Assembly (NCBI GenBank): GCA_000934665.2
Contig: JYFJ02000454.1
Location: 1-64,000 of the forward strand
DNA length: 64,000 bases
Origin: Catajapyx aquilonaris
Taxonomy: Eukaryota
Reading direction: 5' to 3'
The notes beneath the pieces are model-generated. The model was not told the origin of the DNA. It saw only the letters and a list, made by a program, of their open reading frames with translations, and searched no databases. Both the position numbers and the translations under genes were made by a program. Shown here piece after piece: positions 1-10,236 of the stretch (its first letter is position 1; every line of letters begins with the position of its first letter).

Positions 1-35
<35 letters not shown>

Positions 36-184
36 CTCTAATCATCTCATCATCATCATCATTGTCATTTGTCATCAGTCATCACATAAAAAACACAATG
101 TCGCACCAAGCATCCTCATCTCCTCGTTCTATACTCATCATCTGAATTATTATTATTATTATTATTATTGTTATTATTATTATT
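1..184. repeat. Microsatellite cluster: (TC)n 1-33, degenerate (TCA)n ~41-84, (ATT)n 146-184
   Basis: Directly visible. Confidence 0.95.
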
Positions 185-255
185 TTCAAATCCACTTTTT
201 AAGCAATCAAGTCGATCGAGGCTTACATGCTATCAGGGGGATCAAAGGTTGTGTA

Positions 256-323
256 TACTCCTTGGTACTCCTTAGGTACTCCTTAGGTACTCCCAGGTAC
301 GAGGTACTCCTTGGTACTCCTTG
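256..323. repeat. Minisatellite, 10-11 bp unit GGTACTCCTT(A), about 6 copies
   Basis: tactccttggtactccttaggtactccttaggtactcccaggtacgaggtactccttggtactcctt. Confidence 0.9.
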
Positions 324-1398
324 AATTTGGTCCTCCTGTGTACATTTTACAGTCGAGTGAGTACCCCCTCGGCAGCGAACCTACGTCCTTATACCAGTAC
401 CCAACTAACGGCGCTAACTATTCAGCTAAGGTAGTTAAAGGTATTGGGTGGTTGGAAGTTGTAGCCAATTTAGGCCTACCACAATGTATGCGAAACGTTT
501 GCACTAACAGTTATGGTTCAGTAAGCTGATACTTTTAATGAGCTGCTACAGCTAATATTATTCTGGATGGCAACATCCTTGTTGCACAAAGAAGCCTTTG
601 ATTTCATATTAGTTGTACTGCAGGGCATAAATATATCATGCGATATATACGGTATGGTCAATAATATTTTTTCAATTCAAAAATACTGCAACTAGAAGGG
701 TAACTGACAGTTATTAAAAAGCTTAATAATTATTTCATTACCCGGAACAGCTTGCACCAATGTATCTACTTTCTTGTTTCTGACACCAGTGTAACAATCC
801 AGTGAATTGGAATGCAAATTACGGTGTAAATTGGAAATTGCAAAAATGTGGTCACGGGCTACGCACATCCAGACCTTCCTACCTCAACAGTAACACTCAG
901 CTTCCATTCCTTCTCTCCTCTTCCCCTCCCTCACGCAATTACCGTTAATATTACAGGACAGCCTCTCACTTTTCAACACAATGAAGAATCTGCAAAACAA
1001 ACAAACATATTATAAAAAAACGTAAAACCTCCTTTCTCAACGAAGCCTTCCATTAAAAACGGCCTGTTTACTAGCACTGTACAAATAATTACAAGGAACG
1101 AACGTGGTCAGTTCGCACAACAAAACACTGGGATCATTTACACAACACCTAGGAAACTGGACCTGGTCCGGACCCGGGTCGGTTCCAGCACAGGATTGCC
1201 AACCCAAACGGTCGATTATTATCTGATGTCAAGTTAACAAGTATGATTTCTGTTGGTATGCCAGTCACATAACATCATATTGCTATTAGTTTCTGACCAT
1301 TCAGGTCAACGTCGACATTACATCAGAGAGGTTGACAACACTGCAAATAGTGTACCGGGTCTGGACCGGGTTCGATGATGTGTAAAAGGGCGTCACTC

Positions 1399-2249
1399 TC
1401 ATATAAAACCAGTGACGAACACCTTCCTGCTCCCAGCATCCTCCATCCCTGCAGCACTGTCCTGATTATTCCCGGACACTTGTCCCGTGTGCACACAAAC
1501 GTCCCCGTTGTCCAGATAGGACACACTGGAAGTGTTGAGGGCGCTGCAGAGTGAGTCAATGGACACAACGCTGGCTGACTTCTCCAGAGGCTTGTCCACC
1601 ACCACTTGGGACAAGCAGGTGGAAGAGGATGCCCTCTTCTGGTAGCGCCTAGGGAAAGGCTTCCTATGCGATTGGTGGTGGTGGTGATGGTGGTGGTGGA
1701 ACCTTCTGGCTCCCTGCTGCTGCAAATGGTGCAGGTTGCGTCCCAAAGACACTGATGACCTGAACCGAGGGCTGTCGTCTCCACTGCTTCCGTTCTCGTC
1801 CTGCAGGTACATCCGGTACAAACTCAGCATGGACTCGCTCTTGACCGGAAGTCTAAACAGCATCTCTTCTTCATCCTCGTCCTTCTTGTTGTCAATGTTC
1901 TCGTCCAGATCTTGCTCATCCGTCCTACTGGACTCGATCAGGTCCAGGTCGTTCATGGACAGTGTCTTCTTACGGCTACCCAAGTTGAAGATGGTGATTT
2001 CTGTTCTGAAACGGTGCGGCGGGTTCTTTGGTTCTTCGTCCGACTCGAACCCGCGGTTGCAGACGCCTTCTGACGACTGCAGTTCGGCGTCCTGGCTGGT
2101 GTCCGGGGCTGTGTTCAGGACTCCTCGTAGACGTGACTCTCTCCCACGGACGTCGTGAAACTCGAAGTCTGTGGCCACGGTGCAAGCTGAACTCAATGAC
2201 CTCAACTCGGCCGTCAGAGTGTTGGACTCGCACAAGCTGCCCAGGGAAT
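1399..2249 (-). CDS. GPCR terminal coding exon (low-complexity C-tail, His tract)
   Basis: tttttacag|(D)SLGSLCES...ATDFEFHD...HHHHHHHH...VFVTGFI TGA; 851 nt. Confidence 0.85.
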
Positions 2250-5190
2250 CTGTAAAAAGACGTGACATTTTATGCCCATTTCCTCATTGTCCATAGACGT
2301 TGCCCACAAGCAATTTTTGCAATAACGCAACTAGCATCAGTTAGTTCTCCCCACTGACTCTCAGAGAGTCATCTCAAGAAGAAAGATCCTCTTCCCTGAT
2401 TGGATAACCGCATCCTCAAGCAGTGGCGGAAACTTATGCACAACAGCCGTTACCGTTTGGAAAGAGCAAGGTCCATAATGTTGGAAGCCCATCAGGGTGT
2501 GGCGATATTACACAGCACCAATAAATGCGGTTAGTTTTGCTGTATACTAACCCATTGTGTCTGAGAGCGTTGCATAAATGTGGTCGTCGTCTTCCTGGTA
2601 CTTTCGGCCGAGTTGTTGCAGCATAGGGTTGGTCACCTCCGTCGCCTTCAAGGCCGCCACCGGGTCAGAATATATTGGCTCTGACACACTAATCCTTCCC
2701 AGGCCATGTATGGCGCTATTTGAGCTCCACAAAGGAGTTGGGGTACCCGCAAATATTCCTCTTATCTCTCTGGGGGTCATCGACGTCGGTCTTCCAGCCC
2801 ACGGTACTCTGGACCCCACAAGGCGACCTGGAAAAGTGGGACACACAAAATGGCCGCAAGTTGACAAAATGGCGAAATAAACTGAACTCGGTCCACTTGT
2901 TTGGACTTGTTCTGACCTTACCTCTTCGATAGTTTGGTACTATGGGAACACCGCGGTCAAGTGCTTGAGCCAGACTGGTGAAGAGCGACCCGTTAGTCAG
3001 CGGGAACTTGATTTCGGACATGTTGACCTGTGACACGTCCTGCTGCTGCCTGGGGACGGTCACTACCTCTGGTCTGTACATTCGAAACGGAGGTTCCGCA
3101 TGACCTGCAATTTGGCCTGTTTTATTACCCAGATTGTTGACAACCACACCGTGCCAGTTGTTACTTACCACTTGGCAATGCGGATTTGACATCGCGTCTC
3201 CGGTAAGTGTCAGCAACCCATGAGGAAAATGTGGAGTCCAGAAGAAGAAGCACCACCGGAAGAAGCAGTCCTTCCACAACCCCCGCCGCCAGAACCCCTG
3301 CACCAACGGGCCAACTTCCAAGTTCTTCTGGGAAGAACGCTCCCAGAACAGCCGCCACCTGTAATTACCAGTCAGCGACCTGTAACACTCCTCCATTAAA
3401 AAAACCATTTTCAACCAGACCTCCCCTAAATCTGGTTAATTTCCTCGAGTAGAAAACCACGTTCGGGACATTTTCCAGTGTCAACGTCCGATTTTGCAGT
3501 CTAGAACTACCATCATTTGGTGGGCAGGAAAAAGCCCGGTCTTCCAATCATGCGTGACCCCTACAGGTCAGAGCCAGATTCCAAGGGGGCTTGCCCGTCG
3601 TTAAGAAGCACAACAGAATCTTCGGAAGGTCTTTTAATGGGCAAGTTTTTTTTTTTTTACAATCAAGGATGAGAAAAATGTCCGCGACCTGTTTTCAGCA
3701 GTTTGAACAAGAAGAAATGTGCCCTCCAGGAACAACACTGGTGATGAACAGCCTTGGAACAAGGACGCGACTTTTTTTTTTTTCCTTGTAAGAGGCACGC
3801 CCTCTTTATCTTTCCTCAACGTTTGTTTTCCATCTGAATTATTCACAATGCGTCTTTTCCTGAATTGAACATTTGTTCCTGCAGCATCTGCGTACCGCGC
3901 CATGAAATGTAATTTTCTTGCGGTATTCTTACAGAGCACGCTTTCTAAAATTCCGCTCAGGTTTTATAAATGGCCGTGTATATTTTTTGTGCGAATGATG
4001 GAAACTGCTGATTGTACACTGTACAAAATTCAAAGCACGAGACCAGATTTTTTTTATGACTTCAAAGGACACTTCGGAAAGTTAACCTACTAAACCCTGG
4101 TCTTGGGCAATTACAGAGAAAAGCGGGTCACTGGCGGGTTCATCACGACCCCGACGCGACAGGAAGTCATACAAGGTACTCACAAGTACTGGAAGGTGGT
4201 TGAGGAAGTACGCCAGACACAGTATGGCGCTCACTATACTCCACCGAAGTTCTTTGGCCAAAGACGTCGGCTTTGTGCTGCTTTGAGCTCCTGGACTCTT
4301 CCTGTCTTTGGCCAGATGACCTGTTGGTATGTTGCCGCTGAGAACCGCCTTTGAGGACAGTCCGGGGACTGACGACAATGGACATCCGGAAGATGCGGAT
4401 GAGGATGTTGATGACGATGAGGAGGTGTACCCGGGTGGTGTGCCCCTAGTGGTAGTGGTGGTCGAGGCTGTCGAAGTGTCGCTGAATGCATGCGACAACG
4501 CATGGAGGTCCGATGCCGATCGGGACAACGGAGCGTTCCGTCTGACCCACAGCCGCATCTGCACCACAGCAGCCGAACACACCGCTCCGACCAGCATGAC
4601 CGAATGCATCGCGATACAAAATGCGGCGAACTTGGCATCCAGACCGTGGCTGATGAACGCACATCCTTCCGACGGCAACTGGAGGAACTGCGACAACTGG
4701 GATGGTCCGACGGGTCGGGCAAACACGGCCGCAACACCGACCAGTCCGCTCAGCATGGCCAGCACGCACAAGTGGTACCGCACCTGAATTGAAACAGTTA
4801 GTGCACATCGGCGGTGAAATTTTTTTAAAGTGTACCTACCTGGCTCCGTCTGACACTGAGCCGGTACCGGTACGGCCACTGCAATGTGAGTGCCCTGTCG
4901 ACTGCCAGCGATACCAGAAGCGCCGCCTGAAGCGTGTGTGTGGCCGTAAAGCCCCATAGGAACGTCGCACAAGCGGCTTCACCCTCTGCTTTCAGTAGGG
5001 TCAGAATCGCGAAGCAAAAGGTCAGTTGCTGCTTGACCACTTGTGCCGCCACTATGGCCACCACGAAGAGGTCAACGGACCGCCACTGCTCCCTGTGCGA
5101 ATGCATGATGACCAGCACCCATGACAGAAGCACCAGGATGACCGGTGCACCGGCCGCGGTACCGATCCACACGTAAAACACAGACTCCAT
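1399..5190 (-). CDS. Orphan class A (rhodopsin-like) GPCR, GPR153/GPR162-like, whole spliced CDS span
   Basis: Exons 5190-4840, 4783-4184, 3358-3169, 3104-2922, 2827-2552, 2249-1399 join in phase via GT-AG introns (56, 825, 64, 94, 302 nt) = 2451 nt, 816 aa. Seven hydrophobic segments, TM3 Cys and SLAVDRA (DRY-like). ICL2 WPYRYRLSVRRSQ and TM7 LLLPV resemble the GPR153/162 segments as I recall them (WPVNYRLSNAKKQ; LLLPVFL). In-frame stop 24 nt upstream of the ATG. Confidence 0.85.
2552..2827 (-). CDS. GPCR coding exon 5 (C-tail with Tyr motifs)
   Basis: ttttccag|(G)RLVGS...EPIYSDP...DDDHIYATLSDTM G|GTTAGT; 276 nt, phase 1/1. Confidence 0.82.
2922..3104 (-). CDS. GPCR coding exon 4 (C-tail)
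   Basis: ttgcag|(G)HAEPPFRMY...KFPLTNGSLFTS...NYRR G|GTAAGG; 183 nt, phase 1/1. Confidence 0.82.
3169..3358 (-). CDS. GPCR coding exon 3 (TM7, helix 8)
   Basis: ttacag|VAAVLGAF...VEGLLLPVVLLLLDSTF...ALPS G|GTAAGT; 190 nt. Confidence 0.87.
4184..4783 (-). CDS. GPCR coding exon 2 (TM4-TM6, Ser/Thr-rich ICL3)
   Basis: attcag|VRYHLCVL...EGCAF...LAYFLNHLPVL|GTGAGT; 600 nt, phase 0/0. Confidence 0.9.
4840..5190 (-). CDS. GPCR coding exon 1 (TM1-TM3, ICL2)
   Basis: MESVFYVWIG...WRSVDLFVV...CATFLW...SLAVDRALTLQWPYRYRLSVRRSQ|GTAGGT. The exon's acceptor (ttttctgttttctag) is at 5254. Confidence 0.9.
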
Positions 5191-8100
5191 GATTTGCCCA
5201 CACTCATAGGATCATCTCGACATCCATCGTGCTCCTCCACAACCGGTTGCCAACTAGAAAACAGAAAAGAGGCAAGATGTTAAAGAAAGTACCAGTTCGT
5301 TAAAAAAGCATGGTGTGTGTGTACATGTAACTGTTTACACCTCTCCGGAGAGCTCGTAAAAATAAGACAATCTCTCTCTCTCTCTCTCTCTACCCTCCAC
5401 TTTCTCACGGTGGACCTCAGGAAGAGTTTTGCCTTCATTTCTGCAGTCTACATGACCAACCGAGTGTGGCAACTCCAGCCTCCAATCTGGACAGAGAAAT
5501 TGGGCATTTCTCCGATTGCTATGGTACAAGCAATTACTCATTCACATCCTTGTAGGCCTACTACGCTCAATGCACCACATGTTGAACATGTTATAATTAT
5601 TGCAAAATCAGTTAAGGGCTCGGTTAGCCCCATAAATTTATTATTCATTTATTTATTTGAAATTAATTAATTGTACAGGATAGTATTAGCCCTGTAATGA
5701 CATGACGCCACCACTGCGTGGCAGCACTGACGCGTTGGCGCCATCACAGCGTCACTTCAACACTATTTGAAACGAAAATCACACTTTTTTGGTTATAATC
5801 TTTATAGTATTTAACGAATTGCCATTGAATATTTAGCACCATGGCTATGCGGATGTGCTGATGATTATTCCTGCTTGAACACGTACACCCGGAAAATTTC
5901 GTACGTGCGTGTTTCCGTGCTTGAAGAGATTCCCCACGCTCGAAGGTCGACTCCTCTCATCACTTGGAACCAGCCAGAATCAAAGGACTGGAGGTCTGAT
6001 AAGAAAAGAAAAATAAAACTAGGAGATATCGCGATGAGTCGCGATGTGTCCAAATGAAATTATTGGTCGCCAGTTGTCAAGGTCTAATTCTTGCCGATGA
6101 GAAAAGGACATCCCCGAGCATTTTCTTCAAGACACATAAATCCAGGTTACTCTCATTTTTTTCAGTTTGTTCCTAATTCCGCGACGGGTTCAACTTTGAG
6201 CCATAATGTATATCTGGAAAGCAGTCAGGCGATGACATAACAAATGTTTGGGAGAAAACGCATTTCCATGTCACTTCCTTCCCACTCTACTGCCCAATTT
6301 CTCTCTCCTATAAAAATTTCGCCCTCTTTATTATTTTGTCTGTGGTTTGCGACATTTTCTGCAGTTGAATTTAGCACAGTGACATTTTTTTTTTCAAAAT
6401 TTTAAATGTTCTGATGGACTCCACATTTTTTTTTGGACACAGACACAGTTTGCTCGAAATAATTAATATCCATGTGATATACACTCATAACCGTTTCACA
6501 TGACTTTTTATTTAGGGTCTCACGCCTGGTACGCAAACTATTTTACTCCTTCAAACTTTCACTTTGCATAACACACCCTTCCTGTTCTGCCGATTTCCGT
6601 CGCACAATATACTTGACACAAATCCGTCGGATTTTTCCAATTCCCATGCTTCAAGGACCGGCCCAAAAACGTCTCAAGGAACCGACAAAGACACGTACCA
6701 TTATATCAGACCCGTTACTAGCATTAGGCCTATGTGAAACTCGGTCATGAGACGGTCACGACCGTTTGAGGTATACACCGTATGTCAATCCACATAAAGT
6801 AATATACTTTCCATTTCGCCAAGGGCATATAATTTTTCATATTGCGTCATTATATTTCAATCCTCAAATGGTCGTCGTTATTATGAACCCGTGAACTCAT
6901 TATTGGAAATGGGATGCTACACATTTGCATTCTTCATCATGCACACCCCACATTTGGAGTCCTAATCCGGAACGTATGACCTTGATCAAAGGCATTTATC
7001 CTGGGAGCGGTTGTAACCTATCCGCTTCAATTGTTCACCAGGAAGTCCATCTAAAAGGGGGGCGTTGTTGTAATAATGCACATCGGGTATGTTACAATGC
7101 GCTTAATTTGAAGTATCGGGTGTCCCAAAAAGGCTTTCACTTCAGGAAACTGGCCGGAAACGCGACTCTTATGCGGTTCCCATGTATATGTCACGCTATA
7201 TAGGCGACATATACAGAGTGTGAGACAATTTGAGTTACATGCATAACCTGGAGGCAGTTCCTTTTCCTTTCTATCGTGCGAAAAATTAAAACCTGCACTG
7301 AGGCGCACTTGCAAATTTTTTGCACCCTTTTGTATATTTCCCACGTGATATTCGCAACAGAATAATAGCTGCGTGCTTGCGCAAGAAACAGGTAGCCAGA
7401 GAAACACTTACTACTTACATGTGATTCGAGGGCTGTTGGGTAACTTTAATTTAATGTCCATTACTTTTTTTGCGCTGTCCCGTTGCTCAAAAATCGGATG
7501 GGAACCTTTAGGTTTCGTTACTTTGCATGAAGTCTGTCTACGCCCACCTTGCGAAAAAATAGAGGGTAACTTCGCCTTCGGACAACAAAGGAAACTGGTT
7601 GCTTAGTTTTACAGGTTACAGTAATGCGACCGTTTGCCGAACGATTTTGTACCGATTATTGAAGGTTTTTTATGATGGGTGTGGAAGGGACACGCTTCTC
7701 GAATATCATTGTGAATAATATGCTGTTTCTTTTTGTACACAGTTAGCAAAAAACTGGACTGGTTTCCACTCGATGGAGCATGCATATGACAAGTTACGTT
7801 GAGATCCCGATATTGAAGTATGCAAATACATGCATACACTGTCAATGAAAAATAAACATACTGACTAATATAAATATGAAAATTTGTTTGTTTGTACAGG
7901 TTTGGTCCAGCGTTTGGCCACATATGTCAAGGTGGCGCGTGGATATTGGGCAGGTGCAAAACAACGCGGCAGGTGATCAACACGAAGGAATGCAGCCAAA
8001 TAAGGCAACTTTTTTTTAAAATAATTATGTGTGGTCAGAAAACATCAGAAAAAGAAGGCACGCGCACCATATGGTACAAGTTTCTAAACCAGTCACAGTG

Positions 8101-9784
8101 GAAAGTGAAGAGACGACGTTATTCATCATTAAGGTCGTAATAATGAGCCACCTGGTACTTTCACTTTAATAAAGAAAAAGTGTAGGCAATTTTCATTCGG
8201 ATATTTTAATTCCAATTTTTGTACCGTTTAGTTATTAGTAGTGTGTTAGGGCGTAGTTAGAAAGTTCCGAACTGTTCCCGCCCTTATTTCATTCTTCTCT
8301 GGGTGTGGACCATGGGCGGGCATTTATATTTGAACCCATAATTAAGCCTACACATGCCTAGTATGACCTTTCGACCTTGTTTCCAGAGCGCCTTTAGGAT
8401 GACCTGGCTGGTCACACCACCCATGGACCCCTTCATATATATATTTTTTTACCCCTCTTCCAACCGCCCAAGCCATCACAAAAAAAAAACCCCGCCGACA
8501 AACTGCATTCCAACAGGCGTCGTTGCCAAGACGTCTTCTTGAATGGCCTTCTTCAGATTCCATCCACGGAAACAAAGTATGATCCGAAAAAAAAAAAATA
8601 TCGGCCATGTTAGGGGTACAGACTGTACCCAAAATAGTGTTCAAGGATGCAATGTGCGTGTGTAGAGAATCTTATTCATCGCTGTGTTTGATATCTGGCG
8701 TCACTTTCTATCTTTAAGATCCTTGAAGGCCTCAGTCCATTAGAGTCCCGCCCTTTTTTCGTCTTCTTCTTCTTCTGTTAACCGCACCCATTCCACCTAC
8801 AGGGGTCTGAGAAACAATGGGCTCCTTTAAGATTTTTTTTTTTAAACCAATAAACAAGAGGCCTTTCTCCACAAATTTGTTTGGTGTCAAGGCTCGCAAA
8901 AATATCTGTCGCCAGGTCAAGCTTTTTTTTTTTCTAGTTGTGAATTTTTACAGCTAGACTTTTCCTTGGACGCCTCAAAAGTGTCTGGAGAAGAATGGCG
9001 TTTGTTCAGTGTCCCCAAAAGGCCAGATAGGAAGAGTCACGGTAATGAATGGAAAGAAAGCGCAGAAAAAAAGGAGGAAAGGTCGTGAGGTGACCTTGTT
9101 GAGGTCGCGGACCATTCCCACGTGGAGGAGCAAAATCTTGAGAATTCAAACTGGTGTGGCAAGAAGTTGTGGGTAAAAAAAAATCATTAGAGTTTACCAC
9201 ACTGTGACCATCTCAGAATCTTGCTTATTTTTTTGTACTTTAAGTTCAGCCCATTTCTTGGTCAATGGAGCTTTACGAAGGTTGACTATATAGTGCGGAT
9301 TAGATAATATTCCACACATGACAGCACGTATATTGCAGCACCCAATAAAAAGTTGCGAAATTTCACTTGCGAAATGATTATAACTATTATAACCATTCCA
9401 AAAATAAACAGTTCCGGACCCTGACACATCTTTTTCCCTCGAATTGACCGGTGACGTGACGATTTAGGACGTCCAGAATGGGGGTTTTAACACGCAAGAT
9501 GGTAGCCCACCGCAGGAAATAATCTAGTGTATGATAGTTGTAATCAGCACACGCACATCCGGATGCCTCCACCTTTTTTTTTGTTTTGTTTGCCATTTCC
9601 CCCTTTTCCGCGACTGACCACAAACAAAACGTGGGAGGGAAACGGAGGGCAACCGGGAGCGAGAACCTTTGTAGTATCAGGGTGAAGGTTACACATATAC
9701 TGAAGGCTCCACCTATCATATCATAGATTAATTTTTCCTATTTTAAAAATCACATATAACCAAATTGAACAAACTGCGCCTTTG

Positions 9785-10001
9785 CTGTCAATTGGGGGTG
9801 AGATTGTGCCAGCTCATTTTTTGGACAGCAATGCACCCCACCGCGAATTTTACTCATCATTGCCAATCTCGACCATCCTTAAATGTAGTTAAACATGAAT
9901 AAAGTCGCTAGTTTACGCCCCTGCCAGTAGGGCGCACTGTTGTCCAAAAATCCGATGGCCCAATCTCACCCCACCTGGCACAATATCACCCCAATTGACG
10001 G
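9785..10001. mobile_element. MITE-like non-autonomous DNA transposon (~217 bp) with ~26-bp terminal inverted repeats
   Basis: Left gtcaattgggggtgagattgtgccag versus reverse complement of the right end gtcaattggggtgatattgtgccag. A second internal inverted pair is ttttggacagca / tgttgtccaaaa. No ORF and no clean TSD. Confidence 0.75.
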
Positions 10002-10231
10002 GCATTCGCTGTATTTTAGCAAATATTTAGCTGATACTTTAACTAACATTTAAGTGATATTTTAAGTAATGTTAGACTAATATTTTGTCAGGCGCCTGTT
10101 GATGAATCTTCTGAAGAACAATGGAGTCCATTTTTGGTCCGGGTGAAACAATGGGTGGTTCATATTTTCTCTAGGCGCCTACGCTGAGGTGATTGGCCCG
10201 ATCGTCTGTCTATCTATTGCCGACGTGCCCC

Positions 10232-10236
10232 NNNNN
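10232..10236. other. Ambiguous bases (NNNNN)
   Basis: N run in the assembly; single Ns also at 25925 and 63853, all beside poly-C tracts. Confidence 0.95.

Noticed and set aside
1390..1401. Stop-codon readthrough or selenocysteine recoding at the GPCR TGA, given the downstream stem
   Set aside because: A second in-frame TGA follows two codons later, the +4 base is G, and no SECIS motif is evident.
3634..3939. 101-aa minus-strand ORF as a candidate GPCR TM7 exon
   Set aside because: Lies inside intron 2 and lacks a hydrophobic helix; exon 3358-3169 supplies TM7 in the correct phase.
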